The translations under genes were made by a program, and so were the position numbers. Shown here piece after piece: positions 52,115-62,294 of a DNA stretch of 64,000 bases (position 1 is its first letter; each line of letters starts with the position of its first letter). Below the pieces are notes generated by a model, which saw nothing but the letters and a program-made list of their open reading frames with translations, searched no databases and was not told the DNA's origin. Source of the stretch: an uncultured Desulfatitalea sp. (GTDB taxonomy: Bacteria; Desulfobacterota; Desulfobacteria; Desulfobacterales; Desulfosarcinaceae); contig CAXXMB010000002.1 in assembly GCA_963668675.2 (NCBI GenBank), positions 2,784,001-2,848,000 of the forward strand. Direction: 5' to 3'.

Positions 52115-52793
52115 GCTCTTATTTCACTTTTTGAATTAACGGATTTCTTATTTTAACTTAATGCGAAATCTAAAATAACGTGATAGCCGCCAGTTGTCAA
52201 GGGACTGTTCCGGAATGCCGTCCAGACTTGGGTTGAAGAAAGATGTACATCCTCTATGCGGTGCAGACTTGCCGATTTTTTGGAAAAGGAAATCTACGTT
52301 AACTTCGTTTCCCGAGCCATCCGGACCAAAATTGCCAAAATCGGCCGTCTGGTGGTTCCATCGGTGGGGAAATCGGCATTTTTACCCCTTCCCAAGCGTT
52401 ACTCCAGACTTGAGTTTTTGAACGGGTGGTCGGCAAATGTCGTTTGATGTGTTGAAAACCAGCGTCCGACCGAAACAGCACCCGCAACTCCTTTATCTGC
52501 CTCACATTACCGCACTGCTGTCCCGGCACATTCGAAACACGAGCAGGAAATCAGCATTTATTCGGTTTCTTTTTAACGCTCCTCAGACTTGTTCGTTCAG
52601 GAGTAGCACAAGCACCCGATTCTCTAACTCAAGTCTGATCGGATAAAATCCGCAATACATTGTAAACAAAGGGCTTTTAGCACGCCCGATTTTTCATCAA
52701 TTCAGAAAATCGGGGAAATGGGAATTGACTTTATATGTCAATTTCCCGGACTTCCGGACGGAGCATGAGTTGTGTTAACACTACGAACTAAAA

Positions 52794-52967
52794 AATCGGA
52801 GGACACGGAGCCTTACCCCAATTCGTTCTCCAAACCAAAATACATCCGCAAACCCTGTTTATTCAACACCTTACAAGACATCAAATTCCTTCAGCCTGCC
52901 GGACTCCGAGAGAAATTTAATTCTCTACATTTTCCCGAAACAGAGAACGGACGTGGGTTCGATTCCC
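52794..52967. repeat. Degenerate ~170-bp island-end repeat, copy B
   Basis: As for copy A; ends AAACAGAGAACGGACGTGGGTTCGATTCCC. Confidence 0.6.
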
Positions 52968-53065
52968 AGTTGCATATCAAACGCAGTGTTATCGCAACCC
53001 AGGTCTCCAAAATCTTGTTGCTTTTCTCCTACGCTTAACCGAAGCCCTTCGATATCAGAAGGTTA

Positions 53066-53656
53066 TCAAAGCGCGGGCCGTTTCCGATGAGGCGGAAACG
53101 AGATTGATAAAACTTCCGCAAAGGCGTCTATTCTGTCAAACAAAGAAATGACAATGTATTTCCCTGCCACATTTATCAACGAAAACCGCGTTTGGCTGAC
53201 CATGAACTGCTCCGGGAGGGAATGGGACTGTTTTCGACTGGTGGCGGTCTGCTTTTTACTTTTCACGACATCGAACAACAATCGAGTACCGATATACAGT
53301 AAGACGAACCCGGCAAAAAACTTGAAATTTTTCGGGTCAGGCAGATGCTCGATGCGCACCCAGGCCCCTATGAAAACGCCTGGCAAAGTGCCGATGATCA
53401 CCGCCCAGGTCAGGGGCCATACCATCCTTTTTTCTTTCAGGTATCGCCACACGCCGCTTGGAATGGCAACGATATTAAAGACCTGATTGGTGGCCGAAAC
53501 CGATGGTGCCGTGTAGCCCAGGACGCTCACTTGAAAGGGCAAGAGCACAAAAGCGCCGGAAACACCTCCCATGGATGTGAAAAAAGACACCGCGAACGCC
53601 ACCAGGGGTGGGACAAAAAGATATGTCTCCACGCCTGAGACAGTGAAGCGGGTCAT
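53066..53656 (-). pseudogene. TauE/SafE family sulfite exporter, C-terminally truncated
   Basis: SMGGVSGAFVLLP, SATNQ, GTLPGVFIG; the second half is missing and replaced by unrelated sequence after ~53180. Confidence 0.75.
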
Positions 53657-53689
53657 CAATGAGTGCAGTACTTCCAGGATTTCTCCCGT

Positions 53690-54068
53690 TTATTGAATAA
53701 ACCCTGTGATGTAGACGGGAATCGCTGGCCGAATCTTGCTGTCGGTGCTGAGATAAATCGCATCGGCATAGCGCCCTTTCTCTGACTTGGATGCGCCCCT
53801 CCTGCCCGGGAGGGATCTGCCGCGTGCTGGACGCGGCCGTGCAACCTCAACCGGATTTCAGATCAAGAATGTTCAAAGATGCCTCTCCTTGGTTGTGAAT
53901 GATGAATTCATGAACCGCTTGGTTGCCCTCGACAACCGGTTGGAAAGTAAAAACACTCTCGGGAAGGTAGGCTTTCGGTTGTGGACTCAGCTTCTCATTT
54001 CCAAAGCTCAAGGCCGGTATGAGCAACTAAAAAAGCAAAACCATGGCTGACGCAAACTTTCTTAACAT
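53690..54068 (-). pseudogene. DUF1573-like exported protein with UGA at the CGC motif (SG-U-GCT); decayed
   Basis: AAAGGAGG RBS, signal peptide with TAG at 54027-54029, FTFQPVVEG..HEF..NQG..L.I...SG*GCT...IPPGQEGRI; frame break before the C-terminal TDSKIRPAIPVYITG. Confidence 0.7.
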
Positions 54069-54147
54069 TCACCCTCCTTTATTCAATACACAGGATTCAA
54101 CACACCATAAATCCAGAATATGCAATGAGGCTTGATGCCGTAACGAT

Positions 54148-54858
54148 TCAGACGCCTGCTGCAAAGGGCTGAACGATGAAATACCCGCCCAAACAGGCAA
54201 TCGCCACACCGGCAATGCGCCGGAACCACATACCGCCTTGCTGAAACCGGCTGTTTTCCAGCACGCGGCGCACGAGGGCCGCGCTGGAGCCCGCCACGGC
54301 AATAGGGATACAGTGCCCGATGCCGAACAGCACGATGAACAGAATGCCGGTGGCGACCTTTTGTTGTATGGTGATGATAGCCAGAATCGGTGCGATAAAA
54401 CCGAACGTGCAAGAGCCGGAAAGAACCCCATACGCCAACCCCAGCAGAAACGCCCCACCCAATCCTTTCACACGAAGCCGCGCCATCAGCGATCCGGACA
54501 TGGAGCAGGCTTTGACCCCCAGCATATCCAATGCAACCCAAATCAGAATCACTCCGACGATGATCGTCCACCAGGGGCCGACATCGCCCAGCATCCGCCC
54601 CAGCAGCGAGCAGATAATGCCCACCAGGGCGATGGTGATGAACAAACCGATGGTGAAGGCCACCGCGTAAGATGCCGCGCTTTTTGTGTGCAGGCCTTTT
54701 TCCTGGCCGGCGACATAGCTGACGATCAGGGGAATGGAAGCCATATGGCAGGGGCTGAGCGCCACACTCACCACACCCCATAAGAAACATCCCAGCGCCG
54801 CGATTCCCACGCCGCCGGCCATCCACTCGTTAATCGTAATCAGTAGCTCGTTGATCAT
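54148..54858 (-). CDS. ccdA: Cytochrome c biogenesis / DsbD-type transmembrane reductase CcdA
   Basis: LSPCHMASIPL and GSCT motifs, about 6 TM segments. Confidence 0.85.
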   Translation of the reverse strand: MINELLITINEWMAGGVGIAALGCFLWGVVSVALSPCHMASIPLIVSYVAGQEKGLHTKSAASYAVAFTIGLFITIALVGIICSLLGRMLGDVGPWWTIIVGVILIWVALDMLGVKACSMSGSLMARLRVKGLGGAFLLGLAYGVLSGSCTFGFIAPILAIITIQQKVATGILFIVLFGIGHCIPIAVAGSSAALVRRVLENSRFQQGGMWFRRIAGVAIACLGGYFIVQPFAAGV

Positions 54859-55259
54859 TGGCCGCCCTCCTTGGGAACGCCCAACTTTTCGAATGTCGCC
54901 ACGATGCTTTTCTTGTCCAGAAACCCCACATGGCGACCGACCTCCTTGCCTTCCTTGTCGTAGAATATCTGGGTCGGAATGCCGCGAATGCCGAATCGCT
55001 GCGCCTGCTCACGATGCTCCCAGACATCGATGAAGATGATGGAGGCACGGCCTTTGTATTCCTTTTGAAGTTCCGCGATAATAGGGGCCATCATTTTACA
55101 GGGAATGCATTTGTGCGCTCCCAGATCGACCATGGTGACCAGGCCGGGTGTGGGAACAGGCGGTATGGCGTCGTTTTTAGAATCTCCGGCCGAGGCCGCC
55201 ACCGCCGCCAAACATGCGGCTATCAGGGCGACGAACATGAACCATTTCGTTTTTGTCAT
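54855..55259 (-). CDS. Exported thioredoxin family protein
   Basis: Signal peptide; CIPC, IPTQIF, RHVG. Confidence 0.9.
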   Translation of the reverse strand: MTKTKWFMFVALIAACLAAVAASAGDSKNDAIPPVPTPGLVTMVDLGAHKCIPCKMMAPIIAELQKEYKGRASIIFIDVWEHREQAQRFGIRGIPTQIFYDKEGKEVGRHVGFLDKKSIVATFEKLGVPKEGGQ

Positions 55260-55309
55260 ACACCGTCCTTTTAAATCGTATGAGATCTCATCAATATTCA
55301 AATTCTTAC

Positions 55310-56659
55310 TTACCGTTTCGAGCACCATTCCATGGCCGCCATTTGTACCGGGTCCCAGGGAGACGACAGCGGTGGCGTATAGGAAAGATCCAGGTCGCAA
55401 AGCGCTTTTACGGTCATGCCGTGATAAAGGGCAGTGGCAACGATGTCGACCCGCTTTGAGACCTCCGATTCCCGATGGCCGACCAGCTGGACTCCAAGCA
55501 GACGTCCGGTTGGGCGATCCCCGGTCAGGCGGATGCGTAGCTCCTTTGCGTCCGGATAGTAAACCTTATGGTCCCAGGAGGTCAGCGACACGGTCAACGG
55601 ATCAAAACCGGCTTCGGCCGCTTCGATTTCCCGCAAGCCGGTTCTTGCCGCCACCTGGTCGAGGACCTTGACCACCTGGGTTCCCAGGCTGCCCTGGAAT
55701 TCGCAATCTCCGCCCAGCATGTTTTCCCCGGCCACCCGGCCCTGCTTGTGCGCCGTGGTTCCCAACGGCATGTAAACATGACGTTCGAGCATGCGGTGCC
55801 AGGTCTGCACGCAATCCCCGGCAGCCCATATATCCGCCTTTTCCGTGGCCATTTGCCTGTTCACATGGATCGCTTTTCCGGCCCCAAGACCGATGCCCGC
55901 TGTTTGGGCCAGTTCAGTAGATGGTCGGGCTCCGGCAGCCACCAGCACTATGTCCGCCGCTACGGTGTCACCGGCAGCCGTTTGCACCGACAAACCATCT
56001 TCATTTCGTGAGATCCGCTGAACCGCTTGCCCTGTAATCACCCGCACTGCCTTGGATTGCAGTTCGGCCCTGATCAACGCCCCAAGTTCAGGGTCCAACG
56101 TCGTCAACACCTCGGGGGCGAATTCCAGCAGGGTAACCGCCATCCCCTTGTGGGTCAGGGCATCGGCCATTTCCAGTCCGATGTAGCCGCCGCCGATGAC
56201 CACAACCCGCCTGGGGCTTTCCTGGTCGATAAAGCGTTTGACCGCGAAGCTATCATCCATCCAACGAAGGAAAAAGACACCGGGATTTTCCAAACCTTCG
56301 ATGGGCGGCTTGGCCGATTCCGCACCGGTGGCGATCAGCAGTTTGTCGTATCCGATCCGGTGATTGTTTCCATCGGACGAACGAGCTTGCACCTGCTTGG
56401 TCCGCGGTTCAATGGCCAGCGCCTTGTGATCGAGCAATAAATCGATACCGTGTTTTGTAATCTCCTCCACGGTGCGATGGGCCAGGGTGCGCCAATCCGC
56501 CACTTCGCCGCTCAGGTAAAACGGCAGCCCGCAGATGCTGAAGTTGGGGTATGCGTCGGCGGCCATCACCGTTACCGCTGCCTTCGGGTCGATCTCTTTG
56601 ATCCTTAGCGCTGCGCTGATGCCCGCATCGCTACCGCCGATAATAAGTATGGGGTTCAT
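55310..56659 (-). CDS. CoA-disulfide reductase / NADH oxidase-like flavoprotein
   Basis: GGSDAG, FSICGLP, GGGYIGLE, AAGDC, DLSYTPP. Confidence 0.88.
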   Translation of the reverse strand: MNPILIIGGSDAGISAALRIKEIDPKAAVTVMAADAYPNFSICGLPFYLSGEVADWRTLAHRTVEEITKHGIDLLLDHKALAIEPRTKQVQARSSDGNNHRIGYDKLLIATGAESAKPPIEGLENPGVFFLRWMDDSFAVKRFIDQESPRRVVVIGGGYIGLEMADALTHKGMAVTLLEFAPEVLTTLDPELGALIRAELQSKAVRVITGQAVQRISRNEDGLSVQTAAGDTVAADIVLVAAGARPSTELAQTAGIGLGAGKAIHVNRQMATEKADIWAAGDCVQTWHRMLERHVYMPLGTTAHKQGRVAGENMLGGDCEFQGSLGTQVVKVLDQVAARTGLREIEAAEAGFDPLTVSLTSWDHKVYYPDAKELRIRLTGDRPTGRLLGVQLVGHRESEVSKRVDIVATALYHGMTVKALCDLDLSYTPPLSSPWDPVQMAAMEWCSKR

Positions 56660-56676
56660 ATCGCCTCTTTATCCTT

Positions 56677-57174
56677 TCATTGCTCAGCCGGTGCCCCTTC
56701 GAATTGCCTTGTTGGCTGTTGAACCGATTTGGGTATCATGAACTGCCGAAACATCAGGTATCCCGCGGCCAGCAGGAAGATCGGGTCCCTGAAAAGGTAC
56801 CAGGCCGTGGGTGGCGATGAAGCCGGGTCCGGTCGGGTTGAAAAACACCCGCAGTGTACATCCAGCCCCCTGTAATGATTGAACAACAGAGCCAGAAAAA
56901 AAGCCCAAAGCAACCCGTTGGACCACAAGACCGCACCGGGCAGCCATTGACCGGTCAGCAGGCATACCCCCAGCAACAATTCCAGCCAGGGCAACGCCAG
57001 GGCGGTCAAGTTTATCAATCCGTCGGGCAGGATTTGATAGTTGTACACCGCACGGGCAAAATCAGCCGGATGGAGAATCTTGTCCACGCTGGCATAAATG
57101 AAAACCCCGCCAAGAAACAGGCGGGCGATCAATGTCGGCCATCCCGTGGACGGCTGTTCCTCATTATGGCTCAC
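56677..57174 (-). CDS. MauE/DoxX family membrane protein
   Basis: RLFLGGVFIYA..KI..P, LPWLE, GLDVHCGCF. Confidence 0.85.
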   Translation of the reverse strand: MSHNEEQPSTGWPTLIARLFLGGVFIYASVDKILHPADFARAVYNYQILPDGLINLTALALPWLELLLGVCLLTGQWLPGAVLWSNGLLWAFFLALLFNHYRGLDVHCGCFSTRPDPASSPPTAWYLFRDPIFLLAAGYLMFRQFMIPKSVQQPTRQFEGAPAEQ

Positions 57175-57694
57175 GATGCCCTCCCTGTTCGGTGGGGTAA
57201 CCATTTTGCGTCCACATCGTCCATCCGTTGATCAACACCTTGACATTCTCATAGCCCATGTCACTGAGCATCAAGGCCAGGTCTTCACTCAGGGAACACG
57301 CCTCGCCGTCGCAGTAAGCGATAACGATGGTCTTGGTGTCCGTCACCTTCTCGAAAAACATGTCCAAATAGTCGTTGACCTGCTGCCAAGGCACGTTGAG
57401 CGCGCCGGGGATATGGCCATCGGCAAAAATATCCGGCGGTCTCGCGTCCACGAAAACCGCTTCCCGGGCATCGTAAAGCGCTACGGCTTCGTTGAGCGGA
57501 ATCACCATGCCGTCGTCTGTGGCCGCTTTCAGCCGTGCCTCCGGTGACCAGTCGACCACCAGGGGGATGCCGTCCGTGCGGAATCGGTTTACGCCCAGTG
57601 CCAGCCCGACAGCGACCAGAAAGACCAACGAGGCTTGAAAAACGGCCTTCGGAAAAAGCTCGCTCCGAAATCGATACAGCGGTTCCTCACTCAT
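57164..57694 (-). CDS. Membrane-anchored rhodanese-like protein
   Basis: [28 protein letters not shown] overlap with acr3. Confidence 0.85.
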   Translation of the reverse strand: MSEEPLYRFRSELFPKAVFQASLVFLVAVGLALGVNRFRTDGIPLVVDWSPEARLKAATDDGMVIPLNEAVALYDAREAVFVDARPPDIFADGHIPGALNVPWQQVNDYLDMFFEKVTDTKTIVIAYCDGEACSLSEDLALMLSDMGYENVKVLINGWTMWTQNGYPTEQGGHREP

Positions 57695-58782
57695 GGCTTG
57701 CACGTCACATGGCACACGCCGGTGGGTGTTTCCACGGCGTAAGGAAAATATTTGCGTTTGAACCACATGGCGGCGTTGACCAGGGAAATGAGCACCGGCA
57801 CCTCCACCAGGGGGCCGATCACAGCGGCAAAGGCCTGCCCCGAATCCAGACCGAAGACCGCCACGGCCACGGCGATAGCCAGCTCGAAGTTGTTGGAGGC
57901 GGCGGTAAAGGACAAGGTGGTCGATTGCTCGTAGGTCGCCTTGGCCTTCACGGACAGCCAGAAGGAGACGAAGAACATGATCACGAAATAGATGCACAGC
58001 GGGATGGCCACCCGCACCACATCCATGGGCAGTTGAACGATATACTCGCCTTTGAGCGAAAACATCACCAGGATCGTGAACAGCAACGCAATCAGGGTGA
58101 TGGGGCTGATCTTGGGGATGAAGTTCTTTTCGTAGCGTTCGACGCCCACGGTCTTCAAACCGATGACCCGCGACAGCACCCCGGCGATAAAGGGAATGCC
58201 CAGGTAGATGAATACGCTTTCGGCGATCTGGCCAATGGAGATATCCACCACCATGCCCTCAAGGCCTATCCAGCGGGGCAGTACGGTGATGAAAATGTAG
58301 GCGTAAACGGAGAAAAAGAGCACCTGGAAGATGGAGTTGAAGGCCACCAACCCGGCGCAATACTCCCGGTCGCCTTTGGCCAGGTCGTTCCAGACGATCA
58401 CCATGGCGATGCAGCGCGCCAGTCCGATGAGGATCAGCCCCACCATGTACTCCTGGTGGCCGGACAGAAAAGCGATGGCCAGCAGGAACATCAGGATCGG
58501 TCCGATAATCCAGTTCTGGACCAGGGAAAGCGTCAGAACCTTGACGTCACGGAACACGAAACCCAGCTTTTCGTATTTAACCTTGGCCAGAGGCGGATAC
58601 ATCATCAGGATCAGCCCTAAGGCGATGGGAATGTTGGTGGTACCCACGGAAAAACGGTTGATGAAATTCTTGATCTCCGGAAACAGGTAACCGCCCCCCA
58701 CGCCGACGAACATGGCCAGAAAGATCCACAGCGTGAGAAAGCGGTCCAGAAAGCTCAGTTTCTTGATGGTCGAATCGGTCAT
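57691..58782 (-). CDS. acr3: Acr3 arsenite efflux transporter
   Basis: [44 protein letters not shown]. Confidence 0.95.
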   Translation of the reverse strand: MTDSTIKKLSFLDRFLTLWIFLAMFVGVGGGYLFPEIKNFINRFSVGTTNIPIALGLILMMYPPLAKVKYEKLGFVFRDVKVLTLSLVQNWIIGPILMFLLAIAFLSGHQEYMVGLILIGLARCIAMVIVWNDLAKGDREYCAGLVAFNSIFQVLFFSVYAYIFITVLPRWIGLEGMVVDISIGQIAESVFIYLGIPFIAGVLSRVIGLKTVGVERYEKNFIPKISPITLIALLFTILVMFSLKGEYIVQLPMDVVRVAIPLCIYFVIMFFVSFWLSVKAKATYEQSTTLSFTAASNNFELAIAVAVAVFGLDSGQAFAAVIGPLVEVPVLISLVNAAMWFKRKYFPYAVETPTGVCHVTCKP

Positions 58783-58793
58783 GCCTCCTCCTT

Positions 58794-59315
58794 CTATTCA
58801 AAAACGAAACCGGCCAGATAGCCGGACAGTTTCGTTCGATTTTCCTCGTTTAGTTCAGGGCAGTGTTCCGCTCCCCGACCGCCCTCCATCACCTGGGCGG
58901 AAAAGGCCATGCAGGTGGGCTGGCCGCATTTCTTGCAGTTGGTTTTGGGCAGCAGCTTCAATATTTCCATCAATACCGGTTTGGTCTTGCCCGTATAGCA
59001 GGGCGTGATCGCATCACGATTTTCCCACGCTTGATTGATCTCTTTCTTCAGCCACTCCAGAATGCGGTCCGCTTCCTGCTCGTCTTCCAGCGCGTTGATC
59101 GCGATCTCCCGCGTCCCAACTTTGATAATCCTGCCATGATGGTGAAACATCACCTCCGGCGGATCGCTGAAATACTGGGTGCCGCCCAGAATCGCGTTCA
59201 GATAGGGCAGCACTTCGCCCACATCCTCGTTCAGACGCGCGATGCAATGCACAGACGTAAAACTTGGGTTGCATTCGGGACGAAAGATGGTCTTGGTGTA
59301 TCCGGACAGCTGCAT
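58794..59315 (-). CDS. Fe-S cluster domain protein (LPxxNCxxCGxxTC)
   Basis: [17 protein letters not shown]...CP; GGAGGTGA RBS. Confidence 0.8.
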   Translation of the reverse strand: MQLSGYTKTIFRPECNPSFTSVHCIARLNEDVGEVLPYLNAILGGTQYFSDPPEVMFHHHGRIIKVGTREIAINALEDEQEADRILEWLKKEINQAWENRDAITPCYTGKTKPVLMEILKLLPKTNCKKCGQPTCMAFSAQVMEGGRGAEHCPELNEENRTKLSGYLAGFVFE

Positions 59316-59328
59316 CGCGTCACCTCCA

Positions 59329-59595
59329 TTAACAAAGCTCACCGGCGCGTTCGTTCTCCTGGCCCAGGAGAATGCGGATCTCCCGTGAGCATCAAGGCCC
59401 CCTGGGGCTGGTTTCCTTGCAGCGCCCCTGGGTTCACGCGCCGGTGGCCGCTTTTATTTCCGTCAATGTTTGCGCCCCCTTTTGCTTGGCGCACAGGATG
59501 TCCGCTTTTGTGACCTGGGAGCAATAGCGCACCGTCTCGGTTTCAGGTGCCACCCGGATATCCTCGGAAAAGGGTATGTCAACCGATCTGTTCAT
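59329..59595 (-). CDS. BFD-like [2Fe-2S]-binding protein with two in-frame UGA codons (candidate selenoprotein or decayed copy)
   Basis: YCSQVTKADI..A...GA.TL.EIK.ATGA*TQGRCKETSPRGP*CS; TGA at 59434-59436 and 59392-59394. Confidence 0.7.
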
Positions 59596-59610
59596 CTGCA
59601 CATTTCCAAT

Positions 59611-59755
59611 TCAGCAACAGGATTTACAGCCACAGCCAGCCGGGGACGTCGCTCCGAACGCAGGGCTTGGCTGGCCCACTACCCGCTTGACCGCCGCTTC
59701 GACACAATCGATATCATCGCACTGAAGGTTGAAATTCTTGTCCTTCGCATCCTCC
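59611..59755 (-). pseudogene. Probable C-terminal remnant of a DGC/zinc-binding-type protein
   Basis: AKDKNFNLQCDDIDCVEAAVK...GCGCKSCC*; no in-frame start; family call is from recall only. Confidence 0.4.
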
Positions 59756-59989
59756 CTATTTTCCAAGCCAGGATTTGACATCCTCTTTGCTGGGGATCTT
59801 GCCTACCGACTTGACCTCACCGTCCACAACCACCGCCGGTGTACCGAACACACCGTATCCGGCGATCTTCATCACGTCGGTGACCTTTTCCACATCTGCA
59901 GGCACGCCTGCTTCAGCCACCGCCTCCTTGACCACTTTTTCCGTCTGCTGGCATTTGGGGCAGCCAGGGCCCAGTACTTTGATGTTCAT
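59756..59989 (-). CDS. Small thioredoxin-like redox disulfide protein (MTH895/ArsE type)
   Basis: IKVLGPGCPKC...YGVFGTPAVVVDG. Confidence 0.9.
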   Translation of the reverse strand: MNIKVLGPGCPKCQQTEKVVKEAVAEAGVPADVEKVTDVMKIAGYGVFGTPAVVVDGEVKSVGKIPSKEDVKSWLGK

Positions 59990-60058
59990 TTTGACACTCC
60001 TTCATTTGGTTTGTGTTTCGATTTCCAGACAATTCATGTTTTGTCCTCCAATAGTCGC

Positions 60059-61231
60059 TTACGCGAACACCGCACCGTAGATCATCCCCGCAATGGTGGA
60101 CATGATCACGATGATGCCGCAGAAAGTGGCTGTCTTTTTCACACCCATGACGCTGCCGATCACCAGCATGTTGGGCAGTGACAGTGCCGGGCCGGCCAGC
60201 AGCAGGGCCAGCGCTGGCCCCTTTCCCATGCCGGCTCCCAAAAGTCCTTGGAGAATCGGCACCTCGGTCAGGGTGGCGAAATACATCAACGCCCCGGCCA
60301 GGGAGGCAATCAGGTTGGCCCAGATAGAATTGCCGCCTAGAAGCGAGGAAATCCACTGCTCGGGAATCAGGGCCGGATGACCGGGGCGGCCCAGCATGAA
60401 TCCAGCCACAATCACTCCGCCGAAAAGCAGAGGGAAAATCTGTTTCATGAATCCCCAGGTGGACTCCACCCAGCTTTTACACTCATCCTTTGTGAACCAA
60501 GCCTTGAGTATCAATCCCAGGATGATCAGCAGGGCGATGGTGATGTGCCATTTGGCGGCGAAGATGGCCGGCCACAATCCGGTCGATCCGGGAGCCGGTT
60601 TGGCGAAGGCGGCGGACACCAGGATCAGCACCATGGTCAAGAGGTATAGACTGTCTTGCAGCAGGGTGCGCTGCTTGGCTCCCTCATCCGGGACGTAAAT
60701 CTGCCCGGCGGTGCGCGCCGCATCGTCTTTATGAAAGATGAGGGCCATCAAAAGACCCGTCACCACGGCGAAAATCACCGCCCCCAAGGCACGGGCCAGG
60801 CCCAATTGCCAGCCAAGGATTTTGGCGGTCAGGGTGATGGCCAGCACATTGATGGCTGGTCCGGAATAAAGAAACGCCGTGGCCGGCCCGATGCCCGCGC
60901 CCCGGGTGTAGATCCCCGCAAACAATGGCAGCACCGTGCACGAACACACCGCCAGGATGGTTCCCGAAACCGAGGCCACCGAATAGGACAAAAACTTACC
61001 GGCCTGGGCCCCGAAATACTTGAGCACCGATGCCTGGGACACGAACACGGCAATGGCCCCGGCGATGAAAAAGGCGGGAATCAAACAGGTGAGAACATGT
61101 TGCCGGGCGTACTCCTGAAGCATCATAAAGGCTTCCAGCCCGGATTGACGGATCACCGGATGGCCCCAGGGAACATAGTAGGCGGCCACGAAAACCCCCA
61201 CGATCAACAACAGCTTGGTGCGTTCCTTCAT
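60059..61231 (-). CDS. ArsP/DUF318 family permease
   Basis: LIPAFFIAGAI, LAVCSCTVLP, FLYSGPAIN, YFATLTEVP, GPALSLP. Confidence 0.88.
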   Translation of the reverse strand: MKERTKLLLIVGVFVAAYYVPWGHPVIRQSGLEAFMMLQEYARQHVLTCLIPAFFIAGAIAVFVSQASVLKYFGAQAGKFLSYSVASVSGTILAVCSCTVLPLFAGIYTRGAGIGPATAFLYSGPAINVLAITLTAKILGWQLGLARALGAVIFAVVTGLLMALIFHKDDAARTAGQIYVPDEGAKQRTLLQDSLYLLTMVLILVSAAFAKPAPGSTGLWPAIFAAKWHITIALLIILGLILKAWFTKDECKSWVESTWGFMKQIFPLLFGGVIVAGFMLGRPGHPALIPEQWISSLLGGNSIWANLIASLAGALMYFATLTEVPILQGLLGAGMGKGPALALLLAGPALSLPNMLVIGSVMGVKKTATFCGIIVIMSTIAGMIYGAVFA

Positions 61232-61300
61232 AACGTCTGCTCCTTGCGTTGGCGGCCTCGCGTTCCGGCCGGTGGTCTCGTGGGTCGCCGTCTTATTCTG

Positions 61301-61320
61301 ATTTCGTCATATGACGATAT
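61301..61320. promoter_or_regulatory. Putative ArsR operator
   Basis: ATTTCGTCATATGACGATAT, containing a perfect 14-bp palindrome, between arsR and the permease gene. Confidence 0.6.
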
Positions 61321-61337
61321 GATTAGGTTAAAAAAAA

Positions 61338-61682
61338 TCAGTTGCCGCAGATGTTTTCGCGATTAATCTCCGGCAGTCTGGCCACCAGTGCAGCCACATC
61401 CGCGTCATCCTCCAGCCAATGTCGCAAATTGCCCAGCAGGTTGGCCACATAGGGATTCCTGGCCCCATCGGCCAAACGGTAATTCACCCACGGTCCTTCC
61501 TTTAAATAGGTAATCAAGCCAGCCTCTTCCAGTATCTTGAGGTGTTTGCTGGCGGTGGACTGGGCCAGGCCCAAAGCCTCTTGAATCTCACACACGCACA
61601 GCACCCGCCGCTGAAGCAGCTTGACCATCTTGACCCGGTTCGGATCGGACAGGGCCTTCATGACTTTGATAAAATCTCTCAT
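61338..61682 (-). CDS. arsR: ArsR/SmtB family repressor
   Basis: KALSDPNR, LCVCEI, QSTASKHL. Confidence 0.92.
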   Translation of the reverse strand: MRDFIKVMKALSDPNRVKMVKLLQRRVLCVCEIQEALGLAQSTASKHLKILEEAGLITYLKEGPWVNYRLADGARNPYVANLLGNLRHWLEDDADVAALVARLPEINRENICGN

Positions 61683-61962
61683 GGCGTCTCCATATCGTTA
61701 ATTGGGAATATATTGAACCAACAAGGGCTTGTCAAACAAGAATGTACATTTATGAGAAATGAACTGAAACCCAGGGCAGACAGGAAACCAAACACCTGAA
61801 GGCGTTATCTCGATAAACCTTTGAATTTTTATTGATATTCAACCAGTCGGAGATGCTCATGCTTGGTAGGTTACCCCAAACACCGTATCCGAAAGCCACT
61901 TTTTGAAGCAGGGGTTGTCGCAGAACTGTTTGAACAATTCGGTGTGGTCGGAAAGCAGGTCT

Positions 61963-62280
61963 TCACTGGTCATTTGCGACTTCGGCCTCCTCCCTGATCT
62001 TTTCGTAGACCTTCTTGAGGAGATGCTTGCTGACCGCCTCCCGGAATCGATCCTCGTTCATGAATTTCGCTGTAATTTCTTCGTTCAGGTCCATTCGGTC
62101 TATAAAGAGCCCCTCTAAAGCCTTGCGAAAGACGTAGTCGAAATTTTCCATCGTGTTGGCAAGCGCTGCCTGGCGGAGGTTGCTGTCTGATACGGCGTCC
62201 TCCCGGATCGATTCGAAGAATAGCTGGTCGACCGAACGAAAATCCATCCCGAACCGCTTCATGAGGATATCCCCGAGCCT
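61963..62280 (-). pseudogene. hsdR: C-terminal remnant of a type I restriction enzyme R subunit
   Basis: DQLFFESIREDA..LRQAALANTMENF.YVF..LFIDRM..NEEITAKFMN resembles the HsdR C-terminal tail; no helicase core. Confidence 0.6.
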
Positions 62281-62294
62281 GGCTCCGGTGGCTG

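Noticed and set aside
54027..54029. In-frame TAG as pyrrolysine (also 40056-40058)
   Set aside because: One falls in a signal peptide and the other in a truncated remnant; both genes have other lesions, so nonsense mutation is simpler
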